From Pirellulales bacterium (lineage in GTDB: Bacteria > Planctomycetota > Planctomycetia > Pirellulales > PALSA-1355): a stretch of 64,000 nucleotides of DNA. Made by a program: the position numbers and the translations under genes. Positions within the stretch are counted from its first letter, which is position 1. Every line of letters starts with the position of its first letter. The DNA is taken from NCBI GenBank assembly GCA_963733035.1, contig CAVTBU010000005.1, positions 1,344,001 to 1,408,000 of the forward strand, read 5' to 3'. A model generated the notes under the pieces. It was not told the DNA's origin. It was given only the letters and a program-made list of their open reading frames with translations, and ran no database searches. Shown in pieces: positions 43,858 to 54,747 of this stretch.

Positions 43858-46071
43858 CTATTCGAGATACAAGAACTCGTTGGCATTGAATAATGCCAGG
43901 CAGAAGTCGACCAGTGCCGCGGCCAAAAACGGATCGTCGGGCCTGGAGCCGTCGAGCGGAATTGCGAGCGAATCGCTATCGCGGCCTTCGGCCCGCAATC
44001 GCTCGGACTGCTCCGCGAGGAACCGACGGCCGGCCGCGACTTCCTCGGCGCTGGCTGCCCGATTGAACACTCGCAAGTATGCCTGCCGCATGGCCTGCGC
44101 TTCGCCGTCAGACAAATCGTCAACCTCGGCGGGCCAGACAGCCCCGGCCAGCCATCGAGCACATTCCAAACTGAACTGCGAATTGAATTGCGTTAACGAT
44201 TGGGTCGCCGTGGTCGACTCGTGCCGCACGGCGCAGCTCGCGTTCGTATCGGGTCGATCGAACACGTCGAACATCGGATACCGCAGATTACGGCGAACGA
44301 ACAAGTAGATGCTACGCCGCCGAGAATCTTCCGCATCGCCGTTGACCTGCCACTGATTCTTGAGCAGCGTGGTGGTGACTTCCGCTGGCAGTGGCGGACG
44401 AATTCCGGGTCCGCCCGTACGCGGCGACAGTTTACCGCAGGCGGCGAGCATCGCATCGCGAATGGCCTCGCCATCCAGCCGAGCGCTGGGACGATGCCAG
44501 AGCAGCTTGTTGTCCGGATCGAGCGATTGCGAGCGTTGCCAGGTCCGGCGCGCCGCCGCGATCTGTTCGTCCGACCAGGCTGCATCATACGGTACGCTCG
44601 CGAGCCGATACGCACGCGAGGTCACCATCCGCCGGTGCATCTCTTTCATGCTCCAGTCATCATCGATGAACCGCTCGGCGAGCCAATCGAGCAGCTCGGG
44701 ATGCGTCGGCACTGCACCCATCGTGCCGAAGTCGCTCGGCGTGGCCACCAGACCGCGACCGAAATGCCATTGCCAAAGCCGGTTCACCATCACGCGCGCC
44801 ACCAGGGGATTATCTGGTTGCATGAGCCACCGCGCCAGCTCACTGCGTGGCCGTTCTGGCGAAACGACAGCTGCGCCCTCGTCGCGCAGCACGCTCGGAA
44901 AGGCACACTCGACAAGGGGACCTTCGCGGCGGAAATCGCCACGCAAATACAAATGTGCTGTCCGGGCCTTGCCGGGCCGCATCACGCGTCCCGTTGGCAA
45001 TTCCGGCAGCGGCGGCGCGGTCTTGAGCAACTTGACCAGCCCGCCATAGTCCTCGCGATCATCGTCGTCGAGTTCGGCCAAGGCTTGCTGGAGCGAGGGA
45101 CGCACGTCAGGGTTCTTTTCACGAACCAGTTCCCGGCCGAGAGCCTCGAGTTCTTCGCGCCGAGCCGCGGCCAGGCGGAACTTTGAATCGCGAGCTTCCT
45201 CAGCGGCCCGTCGCGCGACCAATTCCTCGGGCATGGGAATGGCGTGATCGCGAAAGATCTCCGCCGATTCGAAAAACGCCCGCAAACGATAGAAATCCTG
45301 AATACGAATTGGATCGTACTTGTGATCGTGGCACTGGGCACAACCGAACTGCATCGCCAGAAAGACGCTTCCGACCGCCGCGGTCATTTCGTTCAGCACA
45401 ACGTGCCGCCGCTCCTCCTGCAAGTTGATGTCCGGCATATCCGGCCCGCATAGCAGAAAGCCCGTGGCAATCGCGGCATTCGGATCGTGTGGGTGAATTT
45501 CATCTCCCGCCAGTTGCAAGCGCGCGAACTCGTCGTATGGCAGATCGCGGTTCAGTGCGTCGATAACCCAGTCGCGGTACCGCCAAGCGTTCGGCCGTAG
45601 CAAATCATGTTCGAAACCGTCCGTCTCGGCGAATCGCGCCAGGTCGAGCCAGTGCTGCGCGTAGCGCTCGCCATAAGCAGGCGAGGCCAGCAACCGATCT
45701 ACGACCTTTTCGTAAGCGCCAGGTGAATCGTCCGCCAAAAACCTTGAAACTTCCTCGGGAGACGGCGGCAGTCCGACGAGATCGAAGTAGGTACGTCGTA
45801 AGAGGGTTGCCTTCCCCACCGCGGGCAGCGACTCGATCGAATTTGCATCGAGTGACGCTTTGAGAAACGCATCGATCGGATATGCATTCCAAACTTGATC
45901 GGCAACTTGCGGAACAGCACTTTTCGCTCGCGGCAAGTAGGCCCAATGATGCCGCTCGCTTTCCGTGATTGGCACCTCCTCCAACTCGTGTGCGGCGGAG
46001 GCTCGCTCGGCGGCTGCGAAGCACGCCGTGGCCGACACGAGCAGCAGGCTGACAACGCGACGGAGGTTCAT
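43858..46071 (-). CDS. DUF1549/DUF1553 domain protein
   Basis: HWAY, WLDLARFAET, CAQCHDHKYDP, NRLWQWHFGRG, PTHPELLDWLA, LFNANEFLY; ATGA overlap. Confidence 0.92.
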   Translation of the reverse strand: MNLRRVVSLLLVSATACFAAAERASAAHELEEVPITESERHHWAYLPRAKSAVPQVADQVWNAYPIDAFLKASLDANSIESLPAVGKATLLRRTYFDLVGLPPSPEEVSRFLADDSPGAYEKVVDRLLASPAYGERYAQHWLDLARFAETDGFEHDLLRPNAWRYRDWVIDALNRDLPYDEFARLQLAGDEIHPHDPNAAIATGFLLCGPDMPDINLQEERRHVVLNEMTAAVGSVFLAMQFGCAQCHDHKYDPIRIQDFYRLRAFFESAEIFRDHAIPMPEELVARRAAEEARDSKFRLAAARREELEALGRELVREKNPDVRPSLQQALAELDDDDREDYGGLVKLLKTAPPLPELPTGRVMRPGKARTAHLYLRGDFRREGPLVECAFPSVLRDEGAAVVSPERPRSELARWLMQPDNPLVARVMVNRLWQWHFGRGLVATPSDFGTMGAVPTHPELLDWLAERFIDDDWSMKEMHRRMVTSRAYRLASVPYDAAWSDEQIAAARRTWQRSQSLDPDNKLLWHRPSARLDGEAIRDAMLAACGKLSPRTGGPGIRPPLPAEVTTTLLKNQWQVNGDAEDSRRRSIYLFVRRNLRYPMFDVFDRPDTNASCAVRHESTTATQSLTQFNSQFSLECARWLAGAVWPAEVDDLSDGEAQAMRQAYLRVFNRAASAEEVAAGRRFLAEQSERLRAEGRDSDSLAIPLDGSRPDDPFLAAALVDFCLALFNANEFLYLE

Positions 46072-47508
46072 GCCAGAATCTCCGTCACGACATGACCGGC
46101 CACGTCCGTCAGTCGTCCGTCGCGGCCGTTGTGCAAGTAGGTCAACTGCTCGTGCTGTATGCCCAACAGGTGCAGGATCGTGGCGTGTAGGTCGTGGACA
46201 TGAACTTTGTTTTCCACTGCCCGTAGTCCGAACGGGTCGGTGGCGCCGTAGGCAAAGCCGCCGCGCACGCCGGCGCCCGCCAGGCAGACGGTGTAGCCCC
46301 AAGGATTGTGGTCGCGTCCTTTCCCTTGTTCGCTCATCGGCATGCGGCCAAACTCTCCGCCCCAGACAACCAGCGTGTCGTCAAGCAAGCCGCGCCGCCG
46401 CAAGTCTCGCAACAATCCCGCCACGGGCTTATCGGTCTTGCCGCAGTATTCCGTGTGGTTTTGTAATACGTCGTGGTGGGCATCCCAGCCGTTGGTGTCG
46501 CCGGAGTAGAGCTGCACGAATCGCACGCCTCGCTCGACAAGCCGGCGGGCTAACAAGCAGCGACGGCCGAATTCATCGGTCTGTTTCTCGCCGATTCCGT
46601 AGAGAGCGAGCGTCTCTGCCGTTTCATCACCTAGATCGACGACCGCCGGCGCCGCCGCCTGCATGCGGAACGCCAGTTCGTACGCCTCGATGCGGGCATC
46701 CAGATTCGCTGGATTATCGCGCAACAAACCGTGCCTGCGATTCAAATCCCGTAGCAGATCGATGCTGCCCTGTTGCTGGACGCTCCCGATCGACCGCTGC
46801 GGGCGCAGATCGACCACCGGCGCGGCACCGGGTCGAAACGTTGTACCCTGGAAGGTAGCGGGCAAGTATCCATTGCCCCAGGCCGCCGGACCTCCCTTGA
46901 TGCCGCCGCCAGGATCAGGCAGCACGACGAACGCTGGCAGACTATCGTTTTCGGTCCCTAACCCGTAGCTCACCCAACTCCCAAGACTGGGTCGACCCAT
47001 CAGCACACTGCCGGTGTTCATCTGATACACCGACTGCGGATGATTCACGCTGTCGCCATGACACGACCGCAGGACGCAGAGCTCGTCGGCCACTTCGGCC
47101 ATCTGCGGCAGAAAGTCGCTGATCTCGAGCCCCGACTGGCCGCGCGGACGAAACGGCTTCACCGGCGCGAGCAGCGGATTGGCCGCTACCTTCCGCCGCG
47201 TCATGACGGGCCCAACGCTCTCGGGCAATGGTTGCCCGGCATGCTTTTCGAGCTCTGGCTTCGGGTCGAATAAGTCGACATGGCTCGGTCCGCCATGCAT
47301 GAACAGATAGATGACTCGCTTGGCCCGGGGAGTAGCGTGCGAGCGGTTTCGGTGCTAACGGCCGGTTTATTGCTTCGGTTTCCGCCCGAGCGACCGACTC
47401 ACGGGCAAGCAAAGAAGCCAGGGCAATTGCTCCGAAACCTCCCCCGGCTTGCTGCAAGAATGCTCGGCGAGTGGTGGCAGTGCCGCGCGGCACATGACGA
47501 GGCAGCAT
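46068..47508 (-). CDS. DUF1501 domain protein (Tat signal); frameshift near 47340
   Basis: TRRAFLQQAGGGFG in one frame; MHGGPSHVDLFDPKP, GWDAH, GEFGRMP, GRDHNP in the next. Confidence 0.9.
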
Positions 47509-47639
47509 CACACGCTCTCCCAGAGGGGTCAGAAATGCGGCTTTTAGCGTACCATGGCGGACTCTGCCACTCAACGAAACGGACCGTTCCGTGTGAATGC
47601 TCACCTACGACTCACAGGTTCCATCGTTCGGCCGTTGGT

Positions 47640-47945
47640 TCAGGATGAGAGCATCCGTTGTAAAAACATCCCCAGGCTTTCGACATAGTCTTTGGCCTCT
47701 TTCAAACCCACCCCGGTTTGCGATCGGTAGAGCTTGATGGCTTCGATCTTCTGGCCGCCACGAACCAATTCGACGATCCGGGTATCAAGTCCCTCGTGCG
47801 GATCAATGCCCAGATTCTTGAGAATCAGATCGAGCTTGTGATCGAGTGCCGCCAGCCGGCCGGACGAATCTCCGCCACCTCGAACGAACAGTGAAATGAT
47901 CGCCAGAACGAGGATCGCGATCAGCAACCACGTGTCGGTCGACAT
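47640..47945 (-). CDS. Membrane-anchored ribosomal L7/L12 C-terminal-like protein
   Basis: AGGAG SD; N-terminal TM; KIEAIKLYRSQTGVGLKEAKDYVE. Confidence 0.8.
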   Translation of the reverse strand: MSTDTWLLIAILVLAIISLFVRGGGDSSGRLAALDHKLDLILKNLGIDPHEGLDTRIVELVRGGQKIEAIKLYRSQTGVGLKEAKDYVESLGMFLQRMLSS

Positions 47946-48099
47946 GCCTATTGCTCCTGAAGGTTTTGCGAACAGACCTAACCGGACCCGTCCCTTGCCA
48001 GCTGGTGACGGCAGTAGTATATCGAACCTTTCGGTTCCAACTACACGTCGCTGGCCGAACACCGCCTGAGCGGCTGTTCCAGGCACAGAAAGGTCAATC

Positions 48100-48648
48100 A
48101 TGGAAGCGCTCGACGTCATCCGCCGCCTGCACCAACACCGAATGTGGGTGAACGCACAGTTGCTGTCTGCGGCGGAAACACTTTCGAACGACGATTTGCA
48201 AAGAACCTTCGCCATCGGCCAAGGAACGCTCTGGCGGTCGCTCGTGCACATGTACGCGGCCGAATGGGTGTGGCTGGCGACACTCGGCGGCGACGAAGCT
48301 CCCGTACTCCCCGGCGACCGCGCTGACGACCTACCAGGTAACCAGCAGGGTGAAGGAGGGTTGAAGTCGCTGGCCGAACTTCGCTCGTCATGGGAGCAAC
48401 TCGACGACCGCTGGCGGGCCTATCTGGCGCAACTGGCCGAGAGCGAACTCAACGAGTCGGTCTTCAAGGTCAGTAGCCTCCAGCGTGCGCGATTTTCCAC
48501 GAAGCGACTCGACATTCTGCTGCACGTTTGCACGCATGCCCACTATACGGCGGCCCAGGTGATGAATATGCTGCGGCAAGTCGGCGCGGCGTCGCTTCCC
48601 GACCCCATGCTGATTACCATGGCACGACAAGAAGCGGCCGCACGTTAG
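48100..48648 (+). CDS. DinB/DUF664 family protein
   Basis: SLVHMYAAEWVW, LHVCTHAHYTAAQ, MLRQ. Confidence 0.88.
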   Translation: MEALDVIRRLHQHRMWVNAQLLSAAETLSNDDLQRTFAIGQGTLWRSLVHMYAAEWVWLATLGGDEAPVLPGDRADDLPGNQQGEGGLKSLAELRSSWEQLDDRWRAYLAQLAESELNESVFKVSSLQRARFSTKRLDILLHVCTHAHYTAAQVMNMLRQVGAASLPDPMLITMARQEAAAR

Positions 48649-48700
48649 ACTACGTCGGGCGGACCTCAAGCAGCTTCGGCACCAGGGAGTACATGAGCAA

Positions 48701-49744
48701 ATGATTCGCGTGGGCATCGCTGGCATCGGCTTCATGGGCATGATTCACTACCTGGCCTACCAAAAGGTTCGCGGCGCGAAAGTCGTCGCGTTGTGCGAAA
48801 CGCAGCGCGAGCGACTCGCCGGCGACTGGCGGGCGATCAAAGGCAACTTTGGTCCGGCCGGCAAAAAGATGGATCTGAGGGGCATCGCCAAGTACGAGCA
48901 GCTCGACGCGATGCTGGCTGATCCAAACGTTGACGTCGTCGACATCTGCTTGCCGCCGGCGGCACACGCTCCGGTTGCCATTGCAGCGCTCAAGGCCGGG
49001 AAGCACGTCTTTTCTGAAAAGCCAATCGCACTGACCGCCGCCGATGCCACGAAAATGGTCAAAGCCGCCCAGGCCGCTGGCAAACAGCTGATGATCGGCC
49101 AGGTGCTGCCATTCTTCCCGGAATTCGCCTTCGCGTACAAGGCGGCGACCAGCGGCAAGTACGGCCGGCTGCTGGGGGGGCATTTCAAGCGAGTGATCTC
49201 CGACCCACAGTGGCTCAAGGATTTCTACGATCCGCAGAAGGTCGGCGGACCGATGCTCGACCTGCATGTCCACGATGCACACTACATCCGCTTGCTGTGC
49301 GGCATGCCAACGTCGGTCATGACGAGCGGCCGCATGCGGGGTGACGTGGCCGAGTACTTCGTTTCTCAGTTCCTGTTCGATGATCCCGCGCTCGTTGTCA
49401 GTGCCCTGAGCGGCGTGATCCATCAGCAGGGGCGAGGCTTCTCGGTCGGCTTCGAAATCCACCTGGAAAAAGCCACCCTGCTTTACGACTTTTCTGTGAT
49501 CGACGACAAGCCGGAGGTCAGCATGCCGCTGACCGTGTTGCGAGCCAACGGCAAGGTCGAGCGCCCCACGATGAAGAGCGCCGACCCCGTGGACGCCTTC
49601 GTCGATGAGTTGACTGAAGCGGCAAAGACCGTCAAGAGCGGCCGCCCCTCGGCGCTGCTCGATGGGCAATTGGCACGCGACGCCGTGTTGCTTTGCCAGA
49701 AGCAAACTGAGTCGATTCGCCGGCGGCGGCCCGTCAGCATCTAG
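48701..49744 (+). CDS. Gfo/Idh/MocA oxidoreductase
   Basis: GIGFMG, AGKHVFSEKP, DLHVHD. Confidence 0.93.
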   Translation: MIRVGIAGIGFMGMIHYLAYQKVRGAKVVALCETQRERLAGDWRAIKGNFGPAGKKMDLRGIAKYEQLDAMLADPNVDVVDICLPPAAHAPVAIAALKAGKHVFSEKPIALTAADATKMVKAAQAAGKQLMIGQVLPFFPEFAFAYKAATSGKYGRLLGGHFKRVISDPQWLKDFYDPQKVGGPMLDLHVHDAHYIRLLCGMPTSVMTSGRMRGDVAEYFVSQFLFDDPALVVSALSGVIHQQGRGFSVGFEIHLEKATLLYDFSVIDDKPEVSMPLTVLRANGKVERPTMKSADPVDAFVDELTEAAKTVKSGRPSALLDGQLARDAVLLCQKQTESIRRRRPVSI

Positions 49745-50019
49745 CCACCAACGATTTGACATCACCGGACACCTGAGTCCAGCGGGAATGGCTTCGCAGG
49801 TCAGTTTGACGCCGGTTCCGCCGGTGTCGATCGCGCCGGTTCTCACAGCTCGCCGAGCGGCTGTCCAGTGCGCGCAGCGGGCAAAACCGTTGCCGGCTGT
49901 CTCTCCCGCGAAAGCGATTTTCTGGCCGTAACCGCAAGAGCCATCGCGTCGTACACCCCTTGGTGACGATTGTGCGGAGGATCCGGCGAGACCGTGGGAA
50001 AAATCTTTTGCCCCGTTTT

Positions 50020-50048
50020 TTGACCACTGCCATTTCGTGGCCTATAGT
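50020..50048 (+). promoter_or_regulatory. Sigma70-like promoter
   Basis: TTGACC-N17-TATAGT upstream of S41 peptidase. Confidence 0.65.
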
Positions 50049-50211
50049 GTTTTTGGCCGGCGTTCTCGACCCACCTACCGGCCGCGCGTTGGTTCGACAA
50101 CACGAGCGACAGCGAGCTGTCACGCGGCCGGGCCTTTCGAGTAAGGAACCGGCTCTTTTCGCCGGCGGACAGCGGCGCGCACTCGCGAGACGCATCACAA
50201 CGGAAGGCCCC

Positions 50212-51849
50212 ATGCAAAAGCTCACCCAGCGGTGGTTTCTTCTTGCGCTCCTGCTCTCCTGGCTGGCGGTACCCGCGTTTGCCCAGACGCAGATTCGGAT
50301 CGTTCAGCCCGAGCAAACAAACGTCGCCGAGCTAGACGGCGTGCTTCAGCGTGCCCAGCAGGCGGAAATTGAGCAGCGGTGGGGCGAAGCGCTGGCGATT
50401 TACGAAGAGGCGCTGCGTGAATACCCGGGCCACGCCACGCTGGGCAACCGCCACAACCTGGCGAAGATTCATTACGACCTTGGACGGCGCTACAACGATA
50501 CCAGCTTTTTGCGCGCCCTCACCGGGGTCGATGAGCGGCAGGCGTTGGCCCTCTATTCCGAGGTCTTGGTAAAGGTAGAAACGCACTACGTGGCCGCACC
50601 TGACTGGGCAGCCCTCGTGGCCCGCGGCACGCAGGACTTGCAAGTAGCCTTACACCAGAAGAACTTTCGAACACGACACCTGACCGGCCGCTCGCAGGCC
50701 GAGCTCGAAGCGTTTTCCGATAGCATCGGCCGGTTTACCGCCGGCCGCCGCATTCAGACTCGGCAACAGGCGATCGACACGGTTTCGGCCACCGCCCGCT
50801 ATGCTCAAGAACGGTTGGGAATGTCGCCCACGGCGATCACGCTTGAATACACATGTGCCGCCATCGGCGCGCTCGACTCCTACTCGGCATACCTGACCAG
50901 CGACCAACTGACCGACGTCTACTCGCAGATCGAAGGCAATTTTGTCGGCCTGGGCATCGAGTTGAAGGCCGACGACGGCGCGCTTTTGATCGTGAAGGTC
51001 ATCCCACGCAGTCCGGCCGAACGGGCAGGAATTCGTGCCGGCGACCGCATTACCGAAGTGGACGGCAAAGCTACGGCTGACTTCTCAACCGACCAGGCCG
51101 CCGACCTGCTGCAGGGACCGGAAGGCAGCATCGCGCAGGTCGTGGTGCTCAACGAAGCCGATCAAGCCCGCCGGTTGGCCGTTCGCCGCGAGCACGTCGA
51201 AGTGCCCAGCATCGACGATGTCAAAATCATCGATCGCGAAGCGGGCGTTGGCTATCTAAAGTTGACATGCTTTCAGAAGACGACCAGCCGCGACTTGGAT
51301 GCCGCCATGTGGAAGCTGCATCGCGAGGGAATGAAGAGCCTGATCATGGATCTGCGCGGCAACCCTGGCGGTCTGCTGACCGCGAGCGTCGAGGTGGCCG
51401 ATAAATTCGTGGACGAGGGCGTGATCGTCTCCACCCGCGGACGCAGCCCGCTGGAAGACTACAACTACACGGCACACAAGGCGGGAACTTGGCGAGTTCC
51501 GTTGGTGGTGCTCATCGACGGCGACAGTGCCAGCGCCAGCGAGATTTTCGCCGGTGCCATTCGCGACCACCGCCGCGGCAACATCGTCGGCCAGCGAAGC
51601 TACGGCAAGGGCTCGGTCCAGGGGATCTTCCCGCTCTCGATCGCCGGCTCGGGCGTGCGGCTGACCACGGCCAAGTTCTTTTCGCCGCAGGGACATCCGA
51701 TCAACATGGTCGGCGTACAGCCCGACATCATCGTGCAGCGGACGGCCAAAGTTTCCCAGGCCGATGCCGCCGAAGTGAATGAGCGACTCGGCGACACCGT
51801 GCTAAATTCCGGGCTGCAAGCGGCCCGGCGCCAGACGGCCCAACGCTGA
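50212..51849 (+). CDS. S41 C-terminal processing protease with PDZ
   Basis: Signal peptide; GLGIEL, DLRGNPGGLL, SASASEIFAGA, YGKGSVQ. Confidence 0.94.
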   Translation: MQKLTQRWFLLALLLSWLAVPAFAQTQIRIVQPEQTNVAELDGVLQRAQQAEIEQRWGEALAIYEEALREYPGHATLGNRHNLAKIHYDLGRRYNDTSFLRALTGVDERQALALYSEVLVKVETHYVAAPDWAALVARGTQDLQVALHQKNFRTRHLTGRSQAELEAFSDSIGRFTAGRRIQTRQQAIDTVSATARYAQERLGMSPTAITLEYTCAAIGALDSYSAYLTSDQLTDVYSQIEGNFVGLGIELKADDGALLIVKVIPRSPAERAGIRAGDRITEVDGKATADFSTDQAADLLQGPEGSIAQVVVLNEADQARRLAVRREHVEVPSIDDVKIIDREAGVGYLKLTCFQKTTSRDLDAAMWKLHREGMKSLIMDLRGNPGGLLTASVEVADKFVDEGVIVSTRGRSPLEDYNYTAHKAGTWRVPLVVLIDGDSASASEIFAGAIRDHRRGNIVGQRSYGKGSVQGIFPLSIAGSGVRLTTAKFFSPQGHPINMVGVQPDIIVQRTAKVSQADAAEVNERLGDTVLNSGLQAARRQTAQR

Positions 51850-52108
51850 GGCTGGTCTCGATCCTGGCGGTGCCAGCAGGCCACCATGTAACGCCACTGG
51901 GAGCCTGGCGCCCGATGCAAGCGGCCACACCTCCCGCCCGATCGCGCTAACCATCGAACGCCATTGCCAGGTCTCGGCGATACAACCTGTCAAACCAGCA
52001 GTTTGCACCGGCCGGCTCCCGCGTTAGGATGGGGAGCCGGAGAAGGGGGCAGCGTCTTCTCCAGGCGTTGATGGGTCGACTCGATTGGACCGCGGAGTTC
52101 GGGAGACG

Positions 52109-54488
52109 ATGTTCGAAGGACTCGGAGCGGTGGTTTCGCGCCATGGCCGGTCCGTCGTCGCGCTGTGGATCGCACTCGCCGTCGGGCTGCACCTGATCGC
52201 GCCACGCTGGGACGATGTTACCCACGACGGCGACTTGGCTTATCTGCCCGCGTCGATGCCAAGTTCGCGGGGCGTGCAACTGCTCAACGAAGCCTTTCCC
52301 CAGGAGCACGGTCGCAGCGAACTGGCCGTGATCGTCGAGCGCCCCAACGGCCCGATGTCCACCGCGGACCTGCTCTGGTCTGACTCGTTGGCCGAACTGT
52401 TTCGCACCCATGCCGATCGGCTTGAACTTTCCGACGTCTGGAATCGCAATACCGAAGTCGTCGGCAACAAGCTGACGAGTCGCATTAGCGACGCGGGCCA
52501 GGCAGCCGTGACCGTGCTCAAAGTGAAGCACGAATTCATGGCCACGGCCAACATACGCCTGCTCGATGAGGTGCAGGCACAGCTGGCCAAGGCGAGCAAA
52601 ACAGCACCGTCCGGACTAAACGTCGGCGTCAGCGGCTCGGCCGCGATTGCCGGCGACATGCTGAAATCGGCCGCCGAGAGCATCAAGAACACCGAGTGGA
52701 CGACCGTCCTGCTGGTGGTTGTCATCCTGCTGTTGGTCTATCGGGCTCCGCTACTGGTGCTCGTGCCGCTGGCGACCATCGGCGTGGCGCTCGATTGTTT
52801 CGATCGACGTGCTCGCGCTGCTTACGCAACTGGGTCGCCTGTCAGGCTTCGGCTGGTGGCACTTTAAGGTCTTCACAACGACTAAAATCTTCATCATCGT
52901 CATCTTATTCGGATCGGGCACGGACTTCTGCCTGTTCTTGATTTCTCGCTATCGCGAGGAGTTGGGCCGCGGCGTGCGGCAGCAGGCGGCGGTGGCGAAG
53001 TCCGTGGGGCGTGTAAGCGAGGCCCTCGTGGGGAGCGCCCTTACGACGATTTGCGGACTATCGATGATGTTCTTCGCCGACTTTGGCAAGTTCACCAGCA
53101 GCGGTCCGGCAATCGCGTTGTGCCTGGCGATCACGTTGACGGCCTGCCTCACGCTGGCCCCTGCATTATTGGTGCTCGGCGGCCGTGCGATATTCTGGCC
53201 GTTCGGCTGGCCAGCGGTTGGGCATGGCGAAGGTGAGGCCCCGAGCGTAGGCAACCGCTTTTGGAATTGGGCCGCTGGCGCGATCTTGCGTCGCCCAGGT
53301 CTGATTCTTGTGGCCAGCGTCTTGCTATTGCTCCCGTTCGCCTATCGCGGCACCTCGGTGCAGCTGACATACGACCTTTTGGGCGAGTTGGCGGCCAGCC
53401 GGGCGAGCGTCCGCGGCACGGAGATCGCCAGGCGGCACTTCAGCCCGGGCGAGATGGCTCCTATTACGCTCCTGGTTTACAAGCCCGGCGCAGAATTCAA
53501 TGAGAAGTCGGGAGAGCGGCAGATCGGCCGATTGACCAAGACGCTGTATGACATGCCGGGCATCGAAAGCGTGCGGAGCATCACCGAACCGACTGGCGAC
53601 CCGCCCGGCTACTTCCAACCGCTGCGTGCCCGCGGTCTGCAGAAATTGGCCGCCCGCAAACATAAGTTCACGCGAGCCCGGTTTTTGACGCCGGTTCCAG
53701 AGCTGGCTGGAGAGGTAGCGCGGCTCGACCTGGTGTTTCGCGACGAGCCGTTTTCGCCACAGGCCGTGGCGCGTCTCGATCGGTTGGAAGATTGGCTCGA
53801 CGATCAACGTGTCGACGCCCAGTCGCCGTGGCACAAGGCGAATTTTGCGTTCGTAGGCACCACCGTTGGTGTCCGCGACCTGGAACAAGTGACGGCCAGC
53901 GATCAGCGATTGATCCAACAGCTGGTCGTGCTCGCCGTGCTCGCCGTCTTGATCGTCATGCTACGGCGTCCGCTCATCTGTCTCTATTTGATTGCCTCGG
54001 TGCTGTTCAGCTACCTGGTGACAATCGGTGCCACCCAGTGGTTCTTCGCATGGCTCTACGGGTCAGCCTACTACGGTCTCGACTGGAAGGTGCCGATTTT
54101 CTTGTTCGTCATCCTGATCGCCGTGGGCGAGGACTACAACATTTACCTCGTCACTCGGGTCTTGGAAGAACAACAGCGCTATGGGCCGTTGGACGGGCTG
54201 CGGCGCGCGGTCGCCAAAACGGGGGGCATTATCACAAGTTGTGGTGTGATCATGGCCGGCACGTTCATCTCGATGACCACCGGAACGCTACGGGGCATGA
54301 TCGAATTGGGCTTCGCCCTGTCGCTTGGCATTCTGCTCGATACGTGCGTGGTGCGACCCGTCTTGGTGCCAGCCTTTCTGACGCTGGTTGAACGCTATCG
54401 CCGGCGGCCAAGTCAGTCGCCCCCCGTCGGCGGACCAGCGCCGCTTCCACAGGGTCCCTGGCCAGAACGGGCGGCGGCCAGTCGCTAA
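52109..54488 (+). CDS. MMPL (RND-like) membrane protein; frameshift near 52790
   Basis: FGSGTDFCLFLISRYREE, AVGEDYNIYLVTRVLEE, TGGIITSCGVIMAGTF. Confidence 0.9.
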
Positions 54489-54656
54489 TTCACGTCGGAG
54501 CCTCGAACTCCTGCTTTGCTGGCAGGGGGTGCCTCGAATTAAGGCGTCCGGCTGTAGCACGCCCGACGGCGGAAAAACCAGCCAACAACCGTAAGCCTTT
54601 CTCAAACAAAAACTTAAGATTTTGACAAACACGACCGACACGCTCGGCTGCTAGCG

Positions 54657-54671
54657 TGGCACGCGAGTTGC
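54657..54671 (+). promoter_or_regulatory. Sigma54 -24/-12 promoter of GSIII gene
   Basis: TGGCAC-GCGAG-TTGC, exact consensus. Confidence 0.8.
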
Positions 54672-54747
54672 CAATACGATGGGCGACGCTTTGCGCGCCA
54701 GGAACCATCCAACCAAGTGAACCTCTTTTTGCCAGGAGTCGAGAACC

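Noticed and set aside
47640..47945. Genuine rplL
   Set aside because: Has a TM helix, lacks the dimerisation domain and rplJ/rpoB context
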